A stretch of DNA of 64,000 bases from Steroidobacteraceae bacterium (GTDB lineage Bacteria; Pseudomonadota; Gammaproteobacteria; Steroidobacterales; Steroidobacteraceae). Each line of letters opens with the position of its first letter. Position 1 is the first letter of the stretch. Below the pieces are notes generated by a model. The model was given only the letters and a program-made list of their open reading frames with translations. It was not told the origin of the DNA and ran no database searches. Below, in pieces: positions 9,406 through 18,652 of this stretch. A program made the position numbers and the translations under genes. Where the stretch lies: NCBI GenBank assembly GCA_035275145.1, contig DATENH010000055.1, positions 3,552-67,551 of the forward strand, given 5' to 3'.

Positions 9406-9597
9406 ATGGGTACTCAGACACCGAACCCGGGCGGTCAACCGAAACCAACTGCGCCCGGAAAGCCGGGATCGCGGCAACCGCCTGACAGCAACACAGGCAA
9501 GGAAAAGGATAGAGACGAAGGGCAGGAGATCCCGAAGACCGGCGAGAGCGGTGGCGACGATCAGGTCGATCGCTCGAGATCCGCCGACAATCCGTAG
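9406..9597 (+). CDS. small hydrophilic, disordered protein (63 aa)
   Basis: The ATG is preceded by AGGAGA at -7. The product is 'MGTQTPNPGGQPKPTAPGKPGSRQPP...'. GC3 is lower than in the neighbours, so this call is tentative. Confidence 0.35.
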   Translation: MGTQTPNPGGQPKPTAPGKPGSRQPPDSNTGKEKDRDEGQEIPKTGESGGDDQVDRSRSADNP

Positions 9598-9608
9598 CGC
9601 GCGCGGAG

Positions 9609-10529
9609 TCAAGGTCGCCGGTCGAAGTCCTCGCGGGTCAAGGCCCGGTTGATGCCGAAGGCGGCGCGAGTTCCTTCAGCCGCCGCAACGATTGCCAGCT
9701 GGACGTCTTTGATGATGTTGCCGGCTACGAAGACGCCCGCGACGCTCGTTGCTTCGTACTGTCCGCACTTGATTCCTCCGCGAGTCGAGAACTGACAGCC
9801 GAGCGATTCTGCCAGCCTTGACTGGCCGCTCGACGATGTGTCGAAGAACAGCGCCGACCGCGCGAGCCGCCGACCGCTGACAAAGACGATCGCCTGCAGT
9901 TTCCCGTGGTCGCCATGCAGATGGTCGATTCGTTCCTCCACGACGTCGATTCCGTTGCGGCGTAGCTGGCGCCGCTCGGTCTTGGAGAGCCTCGTCATAC
10001 CGTCTGAACAAAGGACGATGTCTCGCGTCCAGGCCGTCATGGCACGAGCCATTTCGAATCCGCGGCGATGTTTGCCGTACACCGCAACCGGCGCGTCGCG
10101 CACTTCCCATCCATCGCAGTAGGGACACTGAAATACACTCGTCCCGAAGAATTGTTCGATGCCTGGCACAGCGGGCAGATGATCGAACACGCCTGTTGCT
10201 ATGAGAAGTTTGCGGCTCTGGACGACACGACGCTTGCCGAGCGTTACTGAGAAATGTCCGTCTTTGCCGCGCACCGCGCGAGTGACCTCGGCCATGCGGA
10301 ACACGACATTCGCATAGCGGCCAAGTTCTTCGTGTGCCAGGCGTCGAAACTCTTCGGGCGGTATTTTGTCGCGAGTCAGGAAGCCGTGCATTTCTTTGGA
10401 CGCCCAGCTGCGCGGCGTTCCGGTGTCACACAGCAGGATCTTCCGGCGTGCCCGGCCCAATACCAAAGCGGCGCTCAGGCCTGCGGGGCCTGCACCCGCG
10501 ATCACCACGTCCCAGAGTGCGCGCGCCAT
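9609..10529 (-). CDS. thioredoxin-reductase-like NAD(P)/FAD-dependent oxidoreductase
   Basis: 'DVVIAGAGPAGLSAAL' dinucleotide fold and the 'CPYCDGWE' redox-Cys motif. Confidence 0.85.
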   Translation of the reverse strand: MARALWDVVIAGAGPAGLSAALVLGRARRKILLCDTGTPRSWASKEMHGFLTRDKIPPEEFRRLAHEELGRYANVVFRMAEVTRAVRGKDGHFSVTLGKRRVVQSRKLLIATGVFDHLPAVPGIEQFFGTSVFQCPYCDGWEVRDAPVAVYGKHRRGFEMARAMTAWTRDIVLCSDGMTRLSKTERRQLRRNGIDVVEERIDHLHGDHGKLQAIVFVSGRRLARSALFFDTSSSGQSRLAESLGCQFSTRGGIKCGQYEATSVAGVFVAGNIIKDVQLAIVAAAEGTRAAFGINRALTREDFDRRP

Positions 10530-10906
10530 GTTGGAAAACCTGGGTGCGCCGCTTCAGGTTCCAGCGGCAGTGGCGGACCTTTGCAGGGCAAGCAGCCATT
10601 CCTTCGCATCGGGGAATTGCCATCGACACACAGCGAACAGATGGGACTCGATCGCAAGCCACAAAGCGAATCGTCTAAGCGATGCAGAGATCGAAGCGAC
10701 CACTATGAACGAGATCGCACAGGCCTTCCGTGCCGCGCGAGGCAGGCAACTGTGCGTCAGCTCTGGCGGGGTTGTATCTCGCAGGTGACTGGACACGAAC
10801 AGAGTTGCCGGCGTCGATGGAGAGCGCGGTCACTGGTCATTCCGAAGCGACCGACGGAGGGCCTTGCTCGGTGGATGCGCCGGAGCAGTGACCGCTCATC
10901 CGCCTC

Positions 10907-10926
10907 GCCGCCCCACCAGGGGCGGC
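10907..10926 (-). terminator. GC-rich hairpin downstream of the DUF4142 gene
   Basis: GCCGCCCC-ACCA-GGGGCGGC, an 8-bp perfect stem starting 17 nt past the stop at 10943-10945. No U-tract follows. Confidence 0.3.
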
Positions 10927-10942
10927 TCAGCGGCTGCAGCGC

Positions 10943-11476
10943 CTACTGATCGTTGGCGCTGCGCTCCGATTTGTCCGTCTTGGCTTCGAGCTTCTTCGCT
11001 TCGGCCAGATGTTCCTCGAGCGTCGGCAAGGTCTTCTTCGCCAACGCGCGTAAATCCGGGTCGAGCGTCGTGTCGGCCGACGCCGTACGGAACAGCTTCA
11101 CTGCCGCCTCGTGATCCTTGACCATCTGCTGCATGTAGTCGTGATTGAAATCCTTGTCTGCGGACTGATGCTCGAACTTTTCCTTCATGCCCTTGTGCAT
11201 CATGCCCGGCTCGGTGGGCACCTCGAGTCCTTTCGCCTTGGCGGCACTCATGAGTTCCTGGTTCGCCTTGGTGTGATCCTTCACCATGTGTTGCGCGAAC
11301 GCCTTGACGTCGGCGTCGGTCGCCTTCGTCGAACCGAGCTTGCCCATCGCGACTTCCGCAGCGCCCGCTTCGCCCGCTTTCTTGACGAAGTCTTCGGCCG
11401 AAATCTTGTCGGCTGCGACGGCCGTCGCGCTGGCCGCGCCGAACGCCGCAATCATCAGAAACTTTGCAACCTTCAT
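10943..11476 (-). CDS. DUF4142-like periplasmic protein
   Basis: ATG at 11476 preceded by AGGGAGAA. Signal peptide 'MKVAKFLMIAAFGAASATAVA'. Repeat motifs 'FAQHMVKDH' and 'MVKDH'. Confidence 0.8.
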   Translation of the reverse strand: MKVAKFLMIAAFGAASATAVAADKISAEDFVKKAGEAGAAEVAMGKLGSTKATDADVKAFAQHMVKDHTKANQELMSAAKAKGLEVPTEPGMMHKGMKEKFEHQSADKDFNHDYMQQMVKDHEAAVKLFRTASADTTLDPDLRALAKKTLPTLEEHLAEAKKLEAKTDKSERSANDQ

Positions 11477-11554
11477 TGCATTTCTCCCTTGGGTCAGCGA
11501 ACTGCGACCCTTGATCATCACGCGAACGCGCCACGCACGAGCCGGTTCCCGTCA

Positions 11555-12163
11555 CTACAGTCGACGACGGAGGGCAGTTCTTCTACCTCGTGACCACACC
11601 ATTGCGCCGAGGGCCACGGCACCGACGGTGAGCAGGGCAGCTGCGGCCGGAAACGATCGGACTGCGCTGGCGGCGACTTCTCCAGCGTGCGGTTTGAGCA
11701 GCTCCAACCGGCGTTTGGTCATCTCGACACCGAGCGTGGCCAGTCGATCGCTGATGAGTCGTTCGGCGGCGGGCAGCAGTCGCGTTTCCTCGTCCGCCAC
11801 GTGGTGCATGACCAGGCGCATCAGATCGAAGAACTTTTCATCCTGGATCGGATTGCCGGTGGCGGGTTCATCCGCCGTCGTCTTGCGGAGCTCTTCGATG
11901 AGCCGGCGCATCTCGTTGTGCTCGGGCTCGCTCTTCTGGAGCACGGCATCCTCACCCATCAACGCGCGCAGCGCCGGATAGAAGATCTCTTCCTCCAGTT
12001 GCGCGTGCACCTCCAGCGCGAGGCATGCGTTGGTGATCAACGCGCGCTTCTTGCTCGCGGAAGCATGACGCTTGAAGCGATGAAAGAGCGCCAGCACGTG
12101 TGAATGATCCAGGCGAATCATCGTCGTGATGTCCGGGGTCAGGCTCTCCGCCAACGCGTTCAT
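11555..12163 (-). CDS. hemerythrin-domain protein with C-terminal TM anchor
   Basis: ATG at 12163 preceded by GAGGAGA. His/Glu ligand pattern 'DHSHV...', 'HAQLEEEIFYP', 'MHHVADEE'. C-terminal hydrophobic stretch 'AAALLTVGAVALGAMVW'. Confidence 0.8.
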   Translation of the reverse strand: MNALAESLTPDITTMIRLDHSHVLALFHRFKRHASASKKRALITNACLALEVHAQLEEEIFYPALRALMGEDAVLQKSEPEHNEMRRLIEELRKTTADEPATGNPIQDEKFFDLMRLVMHHVADEETRLLPAAERLISDRLATLGVEMTKRRLELLKPHAGEVAASAVRSFPAAAALLTVGAVALGAMVWSRGRRTALRRRL

Positions 12164-12281
12164 GGGTGTCTCCTCGCTGATTACTCGAGGATGCAACGCA
12201 TGAAACCGCTGGATCGACCCATGGACCGCTTCGCCCGCGAATTGCGTTGGTCCAGGGGACACTGACTTTTCGGAGCAGACC

Positions 12282-12995
12282 ATGAGAATCGAGGCGAGAA
12301 ACTCTCGCCGCAAGACGCCAGCGAGTGGGCGCCCCAGCTCCGGCGCTCTACGCTGCCGGCGCAAGTTCCTGCGCTTCTTCCCGCAAGGCTTTCGCGACGC
12401 CGACTATCTCGAGACGGAGCGAGACTACAAGTGGGAGTCACATCTGCGTTGGTGCGAGGCGCTCGATGTCGGGGAATTCTCCGCATTGCTGCGCGCCGGC
12501 CGCCACGACGAGATCGCCGCGCGCGCCGTGCGCGTCGAGCAGCGCTCTCTCTACAGCATGCTGTTCTCGTTCGAGAAGATGGCACTACGCGATGCCATCC
12601 GAGCCCCGCATGGCGCTCATGCGTTTGCAGAGGGACTCTTCCAATACCTGCACGGTGAAGGGGAGCTTCAGACCCGCTTCGAATCGTGGGTCGATACGGT
12701 TGCCAGGCTTCCTCGCAAGCAGACTCGCGTGCTCACCTGGCCACTGGTCACGGTCTTCGGGTTCATCGCACAGCCCGAGCAGCACATTTTCATGAAGCCG
12801 AACACGATGCGGGCAGCGGCGCGCGCATACGGCTTCGACCTCGAATATCGGTCACGCCCGAACTGGAATACCTACAGCAAGCTGCTCGAGCTTGCCGCGC
12901 GGGTGCGCAAAGAGCAGCGCGATCTGCGTCCACGCGACCTGATCGACATCCAGTCCTTCCTGTGGGTGCAGGGCTCGACCGAGTACGAGGAATAG
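12282..12995 (+). CDS. conserved hypothetical protein
   Basis: 237-aa ORF with good GC3. Blocks 'KFLRFFPQGFRDADYLETERDYKWESH' and 'DLIDIQSFLWVQGS'. I cannot name a family. Confidence 0.6.
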   Translation: MRIEARNSRRKTPASGRPSSGALRCRRKFLRFFPQGFRDADYLETERDYKWESHLRWCEALDVGEFSALLRAGRHDEIAARAVRVEQRSLYSMLFSFEKMALRDAIRAPHGAHAFAEGLFQYLHGEGELQTRFESWVDTVARLPRKQTRVLTWPLVTVFGFIAQPEQHIFMKPNTMRAAARAYGFDLEYRSRPNWNTYSKLLELAARVRKEQRDLRPRDLIDIQSFLWVQGSTEYEE

Positions 12996-13064
12996 CAGCG
13001 CCAGGAACTTTGACTGAGTCTCGGCAGTAGCTTCCTCGATTCGCAGCCTTGCAAGGAGCACCGC

Positions 13065-14453
13065 ATGCGCAGTTCGCTTGCGACTTTGTCCATCATCGCC
13101 GCCGCGACGACGTTCGCCTCGCTTGCCGATCCGCTTCCTCCCGACGCGACGTATCGTCCACTGCCTACGGTGCCGCTCGATGTCGTTCGCAGGAACGACG
13201 AGGCGGCGAAGCCCGCGGTGACGCGCCGTCAACAGAGTCTCTTGAACGAGCGCTATGAGCTTGCGAACCGTGCGATACCCGGTGTGATGATGTCGGGCGG
13301 GCGCAAGGCAGTGCAGGGCGGTGTGCGTGTGAAGCCGCGTGCAGGAAGTACGTGGGACTCGCTCGCGCAGATGACTCCGGATGAGATCAAAGCGCAAGGC
13401 CTGCTGCCGGGCGGGTTCATGCCGCTGCCGCACGTCAAGCAGGCAACGGGCGGGCAAGTCTTTCCGCAGCAGCAGATCGATGCGATCGGTCGCGCCGAAG
13501 ACCGCAATCTCAAACGCTTCGACGTGGACTTCGATCTGCCCGATCACCTGACGCCGGAGTTTCCCGCGCCGATCTTCCTCAGCAACCGGCCCGACCTCGG
13601 CGACATCAGCGGCGGCGAGCTGCTGACCATTCGGAACTACTACGCCAAGGTCGTGGGAATTCTCACGCCGGTCCAGATCGAAGGCCTGCGCCTGCTGCTC
13701 ACGCCGTTTCCGCAGGAAGAGTTCAATCAAACCGAGGATCGCAAGGTAGCGGAGCAGAGCAATGGGGTCGCCTGCCTCGACTGCCACCAGAATTTCCATA
13801 CGAACGCGGCGTTCCACCTGACGCCCGATCTGCGACCGCAAGCGGCGCGCTTCCGCCTCGATACCACCAGCCTGCGCGGGCTGTTCAATCAGCAGATCCA
13901 CGGCTCGAAGCGCTCGCTGCGCTCGGTCGAAGACTTCTCCGAATTCGAACAGCGCACCGCGTACTTCAACGGCGATCACGTCAGCGCGACGCGCAAGGGC
14001 GTGAATCTGCCGGATCGCCCGAACCAGGTGGCGATGATGGCGCAGATGCAGAACATGATCGATTTTCCGCCGGCGCCGAAGCTCGATCCGCTGGGCCGGC
14101 TGGATCCGGCGAAAGCGAGTGCGGCCGAGCTCGCGGGCGAGAAGGTCTTCATGGGCAAGGGCCAGTGCGCGACGTGCCACATGCCGCAGCACTCGTTCAT
14201 GGATCAGGAAATGCACGACCTGAAACTCGAGCGCTTCTACAAGGTCGGGCAGGTCGTGAACGACCAGGTCGCGATTCCCGACGGACCGATCAAGACCTTC
14301 ACGCTGCGCGGAATCAAGGACTCGCCGCCGTACCTGCACGACGGCCGGCTGCTGACGCTCGCGGATACCGTCGAGTATTTCAACCTTGTGCTGTCGCTGA
14401 AGCTGACGCAGGACGAGAAAGACTCGCTCGTCGCGTACATGCTGGCACTTTGA
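13065..14453 (+). CDS. di-haem cytochrome c peroxidase-family protein
   Basis: AAGGAG SD, a signal peptide, two haem-c sites (CLDCH and CATCH), and the C-terminal 'GIKDSPPYLHDGR' CCP/MauG-type motif. Confidence 0.85.
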   Translation: MRSSLATLSIIAAATTFASLADPLPPDATYRPLPTVPLDVVRRNDEAAKPAVTRRQQSLLNERYELANRAIPGVMMSGGRKAVQGGVRVKPRAGSTWDSLAQMTPDEIKAQGLLPGGFMPLPHVKQATGGQVFPQQQIDAIGRAEDRNLKRFDVDFDLPDHLTPEFPAPIFLSNRPDLGDISGGELLTIRNYYAKVVGILTPVQIEGLRLLLTPFPQEEFNQTEDRKVAEQSNGVACLDCHQNFHTNAAFHLTPDLRPQAARFRLDTTSLRGLFNQQIHGSKRSLRSVEDFSEFEQRTAYFNGDHVSATRKGVNLPDRPNQVAMMAQMQNMIDFPPAPKLDPLGRLDPAKASAAELAGEKVFMGKGQCATCHMPQHSFMDQEMHDLKLERFYKVGQVVNDQVAIPDGPIKTFTLRGIKDSPPYLHDGRLLTLADTVEYFNLVLSLKLTQDEKDSLVAYMLAL

Positions 14454-14468
14454 GATGAGGAGCGCGTC

Positions 14469-15059
14469 ATGATCCGTACCATTTACATCGTCTGCGCAGG
14501 GTTGCTGTCGTGCACGGCAGCGTATGCGCAGCAGGGCGGCAATCCGGGCGGGCTCTCGCCGGATACGCCGGGACTCGAGACTGCCAAGCCTGCCGCTGAT
14601 CACTCGAACACGCAGGACAAACTCTTCGTACGTCAGGCGGCGCTCGGCAACCAGGCGGAAGTGGAACTGGGCCAGCTCGCAGGCAAGAAGGCTGCAACCG
14701 ATCCGGTGCGCAAGTTTGCGCAGCACATGGTCGACGACCATGGCAAGTCAGGCGACCTGGTGCGCAAGCTCGGACGCGGGGTGAACGCGAACATTCCGAA
14801 GGAGCTGGATCCCGAGCATCAGTCGGTGCGCGCGAAATTGGAGCAGGCGTCGGGCAAGGAGTTCGACGTGCAGTACATGGGCAGCATGATTCAGGATCAC
14901 CAGCGCACGGCGAACCTGCTGCAATGGGAAATCAGCAACGGGCAGAGCGAGCCGCTGAAGAAGTACGCGGCCGATACGCTTCCCGATGTGATGGAGCACC
15001 TGGAGATGGCGAAGCAGCAGTACGCAATGCTCACTTCCGGTGCGCCGCCCGCGAAATAG
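14469..15059 (+). CDS. DUF4142-like periplasmic protein
   Basis: Signal peptide, 'FAQHMVDDH' and 'MIQDH' repeats. Sits 15 nt after the peroxidase gene. Confidence 0.8.
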   Translation: MIRTIYIVCAGLLSCTAAYAQQGGNPGGLSPDTPGLETAKPAADHSNTQDKLFVRQAALGNQAEVELGQLAGKKAATDPVRKFAQHMVDDHGKSGDLVRKLGRGVNANIPKELDPEHQSVRAKLEQASGKEFDVQYMGSMIQDHQRTANLLQWEISNGQSEPLKKYAADTLPDVMEHLEMAKQQYAMLTSGAPPAK

Positions 15060-15066
15060 GCGAAGC

Positions 15067-15606
15067 ATGATGCGGGACGCGCTCTCCGCGATGCTCATCT
15101 GGGTCATCTATCCGCTGTGGTTGCTGGCCGGAGCGGGGGACTATTTCTGTCATCGCAAGACCCACATCGAGCGCACCAGCGGCGTCACGGAGTCGTGGAT
15201 GCACCTGGCGCAGTTCGCTTGTCTTGCAATGGCCTTGGCATGCGCGGTCCTGCTGCAGATCAACGCTGCGGCGTTTGCCGTGCTGCTCGTGCTTGTGCTG
15301 ACACATTCAGCGCTCTCGTATCTCGACGTGCGATACACGGATGGACTTCGTCGCATCTTGCCGATCGAACAGACCCTTCACGGCTTCATGGACGTGCTTC
15401 CGCTCATGGCGGTTGCTCTGCTAGGCGTGCAGCACTGGCAGGAGATTCGCACAGGTGGGATGGAATTCACGCTGGTCCCGGCAATCGAGCTTGATCGCGT
15501 GCTGCTGCTAGCCAGCTTTGCGGTCGCGGCCGGGTTGCCTATCGTCGGGGAGTTGCTGCGCACAGCGCGCAACCGCGTTCACGTGGGTTTCGCCACCATC
15601 AGATAG
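15067..15606 (+). CDS. integral membrane protein with conserved His residues
   Basis: ATG at 15067, 7 nt after the previous stop. 5-6 TM. 'GDYFCHRKTHIE' (HxxxH). Confidence 0.6.
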   Translation: MMRDALSAMLIWVIYPLWLLAGAGDYFCHRKTHIERTSGVTESWMHLAQFACLAMALACAVLLQINAAAFAVLLVLVLTHSALSYLDVRYTDGLRRILPIEQTLHGFMDVLPLMAVALLGVQHWQEIRTGGMEFTLVPAIELDRVLLLASFAVAAGLPIVGELLRTARNRVHVGFATIR

Positions 15607-16043
15607 AACACCGCGACGAGCGCCAGAAAGGCGACGACGCCGAGTGCGACCCACCATAGCATGAAGCCCCAATACCGATCCGGGAGCTGGCTGCCCGCTG
15701 CGGCCGCCCGCTCCGCAATGTCACGCATTCGGATCTGCATCCAGACGACCGGCAGCCAGCACACTCCGGCCAGAAAATAGAGTGCAAAGGAAACGACGAT
15801 CCAGGTGCTGGAGAGCGGAAAGCCGGCGAGATGCACGAGATATAAGCCGGTCAACGGCTGGATGATGATGGTCGGGGTAGTGAAGGCCCAGTCGGCGATG
15901 ACCACATAGCGCACGACGACCGCGATCGCCCGCGCGTCGCGCGTCCGGCTCGCGAAGAACATGTAGAACGCGGAGCCGAGGCCAGTCCCGAACAGCAGAG
16001 TCGAAGAAAGAATGTGCAGCCACTTGACGACCACGTACGTCAT
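15579..16043 (-). CDS. DUF2269-like membrane protein
   Basis: Internal ATG at 16043 giving 'MTYVVVKWLHILSSTLLFGTGLG', the typical family N-terminus. Confidence 0.75.
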   Translation of the reverse strand: MTYVVVKWLHILSSTLLFGTGLGSAFYMFFASRTRDARAIAVVVRYVVIADWAFTTPTIIIQPLTGLYLVHLAGFPLSSTWIVVSFALYFLAGVCWLPVVWMQIRMRDIAERAAAAGSQLPDRYWGFMLWWVALGVVAFLALVAVFYLMVAKPT

Positions 16044-16459
16044 CGGCGGGCCTCGAGGCGAAACAGCAGGACGATGCAGGCGAGCAAGGGCAGGTTCTTG
16101 AGAATCGGGCCGTAGGGATGCAGCCAGAATTCCGGGAGCTTGATCGTGATGACGATCGTGTAGCCGAGAATCAGCGCGAACTGAGCGAGCCACAGCCATT
16201 GCCGACGGCGTAGCAGCAGTGTCGCCGCGCCGAGTACGAGATCCAGAGCAGCGGCTGCGTACAACGCGACGTTGGCGAAGACTCCTGTGATGCCGGTCCT
16301 GGCGAGCAGCGCGAGGCTGTCAGCGCGCGGAAATAGTCCCAGGGAGACGATGCCCGTCCAGATCCAGACCAGCGCGATGCTCCAGCGCAGCAGTGGCAGC
16401 AGCCACTGCAGCTCAGCGTGATCCGCGAGCGGCTCGCGTGTATCCGTCAAGATGCGCAT
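16040..16459 (-). CDS. DoxX-like membrane protein
   Basis: Internal ATG at 16459. 4 TM. ATGA overlap with the DUF2269 gene. Confidence 0.6.
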   Translation of the reverse strand: MRILTDTREPLADHAELQWLLPLLRWSIALVWIWTGIVSLGLFPRADSLALLARTGITGVFANVALYAAAALDLVLGAATLLLRRRQWLWLAQFALILGYTIVITIKLPEFWLHPYGPILKNLPLLACIVLLFRLEARR

Positions 16460-16503
16460 CGTGACAAGGGAACTGCGAGTAGCGTGCAGCGCTTGCAATA
16501 GCG

Positions 16504-17016
16504 ATGCACGACAACGTTCGCGAGCAACAGTCGGTTCGTCTCGGCGCCGCGGCGCGGCGCGCCTTGTGTTCCGGTGCCAGCGCCAGCGTTTGTTCCGCAC
16601 TGGCGCTTTCGATCTGCAGCCGTATCGATGAGGGCAGCTACGCGGGCGGACTCAACGGTCCGAGCCAATGGCTTTGGGGGCAGGCGCAGGCCTACACACG
16701 CGAGGCGAGCCTGCGTCATACGGCGGTCGGGTACATCGTTCACCATCTTACATCGGTGTTCTGGGCGACGTCGTACGAGCTGATCTTCGGCGAGCCTGAT
16801 CGACGCAAGACTCCGCTGCGTCGCTGCGCCGACGCTGCGGTCAGCTCAGCGGGTGCCTATGTCGTCGACTACTACCTGACGCCGCCACGCTTTCGTCCCG
16901 GTTTCAGGAAGCACCTGCGCACGCCGTCGATGTATGTCGTCTATGGCGCCTTCGCGCTCGGGCTGGCAGCCGCGAGCATCGTTCGTGACCGCAATCGCAG
17001 GAGGAATACGCAGTGA
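16504..17016 (+). CDS. hypothetical membrane protein
   Basis: 170-aa ORF with hydrophobic segments. Its stop overlaps the start of the FAD/Rieske gene. Confidence 0.45.
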   Translation: MHDNVREQQSVRLGAAARRALCSGASASVCSALALSICSRIDEGSYAGGLNGPSQWLWGQAQAYTREASLRHTAVGYIVHHLTSVFWATSYELIFGEPDRRKTPLRRCADAAVSSAGAYVVDYYLTPPRFRPGFRKHLRTPSMYVVYGAFALGLAAASIVRDRNRRRNTQ

Positions 17017-18605
17017 TGCAGAACCAGCCGACGCCGGGCTCTTACTGGCGGGCCTCTGTGCAGTTGCCGGAGTTCGCGCCACTCGCGGCAGATCTCACTG
17101 TCGATGTCTGTGTGATTGGCGCCGGCATCGCCGGCTTGACGAGCGCTTATCTGCTCAGCAAGCAAGGCCTCAGCGTCGTCCTTATCGAGGCGCTGGGTAT
17201 CGGCAGCGGAGAAACCGGACAGACGACTGCGCACATCGCGGTCCCGGATGATCGCTACTGGCATATCGAGAAGACACTCGGTGCGCGCGCTGCGCGGCAG
17301 GTGGCAGAGAGCTTCGGCGCCGCAGCCGACTTGATCGAGGCCACGACGCGCGACGAAGCCATCGACTGCGACTTCGAACGCGTCTCGGGCTATCTGTATT
17401 CGTGTGCGAAGGATCCCGCCGAGGAGTTGTGCAAGGAACTGGAGGCCGCCGAGCGCGCGGGCGTGCGCGTGTCGTGGCAGGATCGATTGCCGATCTCGAC
17501 TGTTGCATCCGGACCTTGCTTGAAGTTCGCCGACCAGGCGCAGTTCCATTCCTTGCGTTATCTCGTGGGGCTCACCCATGCGTGCACGCAGCGCCGTACG
17601 AGTATCTATTGCGACACGCGGGCTCTGGACATCGAGGAGCGGGAATACGGCGTCGTGATCAAGACGCTCCACGGCAAAATCAGTGCCGCTGCTGCCGTGG
17701 TCGCGACCAACGTGCCTTTCAATGACCGGGTCACCCTCCACGCCAAGCAGTTCGCGTATCAGACCTACGCTGTCGCCGCGCCAGTCGAGCGCGGCTCGCT
17801 GCCGCACGTGCTGATCTGGGATGACGGCGATCCCTACCACTATGTTCGTCTCGCTGCGCTGGACGACGAGCACGATCTGCTCATCGTCGGCGGCGCAGAC
17901 CATCGGACGGGTCAGAATGACGATCCGGAAGAGTGTCATCGCCAGGTCCACGCCTGGTTGCGCGACCGCTTTCCCATGGCGGGTCCGCTCGCTTATCGAT
18001 GGTCGGGTGAAGTCGCGGAGCCGCTCGATGGTATCGCCTATCTCGGCCGCAACCCGGGCAGTCGCAACGTCTATGTGATCACCGGCGATTCCGGTAATGG
18101 AATCTCGCACGCGACTGTCGGCGCCATGCTGGTGTCGGATCAGATCATGCAACGGCCGAATGCGTGGGAGTCGGTCTACGATCCTTCGCGCAAACCGGTG
18201 CGCGAAGCGCTGCATTTCATGCGTGAGCAGGCGAACGTGGCGGCCCAGTATGGCGACTGGGTGGCCGGCGGCGAATCGACGCCGGCGGCGATCGGAGCAG
18301 GCGAGGGCGCCGTCATTCGCCATGGGCTGCGCAAGCTTGCTGTGTTTCGCGACGAGGACGGCGCTCTGCATTGCCATTCGGCGACCTGTCCGCATCTCGG
18401 CTGCGTGGTGCGCTGGAATCCGCTCGATCGCACCTGGGATTGCCCGTGCCACGGTTCGCGATTCAGTACCTACGGCAGCGTGCTGCACGGGCCAGCTGTG
18501 AGCGGCCTTGCTTCCATCGATGAGGAGGACTGGCTGCGCATCGTGGAGGCGCAGCGAGAGAGCAAAGGCGCAGCGACCAAGCAGCCCCACGGGAAGTCAC
18601 GCTGA
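17013..18605 (+). CDS. FAD-dependent oxidoreductase fused to a C-terminal Rieske [2Fe-2S] domain
   Basis: 'DVCVIGAGIAGLTSAY' FAD fold and the Rieske ligands 'CPHLGC...CPCHGS'. Start is GTG 17013 or ATG 17016. Confidence 0.85.
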   Translation: MMQNQPTPGSYWRASVQLPEFAPLAADLTVDVCVIGAGIAGLTSAYLLSKQGLSVVLIEALGIGSGETGQTTAHIAVPDDRYWHIEKTLGARAARQVAESFGAAADLIEATTRDEAIDCDFERVSGYLYSCAKDPAEELCKELEAAERAGVRVSWQDRLPISTVASGPCLKFADQAQFHSLRYLVGLTHACTQRRTSIYCDTRALDIEEREYGVVIKTLHGKISAAAAVVATNVPFNDRVTLHAKQFAYQTYAVAAPVERGSLPHVLIWDDGDPYHYVRLAALDDEHDLLIVGGADHRTGQNDDPEECHRQVHAWLRDRFPMAGPLAYRWSGEVAEPLDGIAYLGRNPGSRNVYVITGDSGNGISHATVGAMLVSDQIMQRPNAWESVYDPSRKPVREALHFMREQANVAAQYGDWVAGGESTPAAIGAGEGAVIRHGLRKLAVFRDEDGALHCHSATCPHLGCVVRWNPLDRTWDCPCHGSRFSTYGSVLHGPAVSGLASIDEEDWLRIVEAQRESKGAATKQPHGKSR

Positions 18606-18652
18606 GCCGGGACCATCGGAACCTTGTCGACGCGTACATCGTATGTAGCTCG

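Noticed and set aside
8774-9652. 292-aa plus-strand ORF spanning the Ku/Zn-ribbon region.
   Set aside because: It is antisense to Ku paralog 2 and the Zn-ribbon ORF for most of its length and is Ser/Arg/Ala-rich with no domains. The independently called 63-aa ORF (9406-9597) lies in a different reading frame, so it is not a tail of this ORF.
12852-14741. 629-aa minus-strand ORF, the longest ORF in this region.
   Set aside because: It is antisense to the di-haem peroxidase-like and DUF4142 genes. Its product is Arg/His/Leu-rich and low-complexity with no motifs, while the sense strand has haem-binding sites, signal peptides and better third-position GC. This is a typical shadow ORF in high-GC DNA.
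16941-18590. 549-aa minus-strand ORF opposite the FAD/Rieske gene. Similar long antisense ORFs occur at 19310-20494, 21933-23318, 43015-44274, 44449-45861, 46709-48436, 57658-58950 and 61150-63006 (minus strand), and at 49949-51142 and 54500-55603 (plus strand).
   Set aside because: All lie opposite CDS with unambiguous family motifs (Rieske, XoxF, CoxA, RND, CocE, EptA, kinase, ArnA, ArnT). Their translations are Arg/Asp/His-rich without recognisable domains. I treat them as high-GC shadow ORFs.
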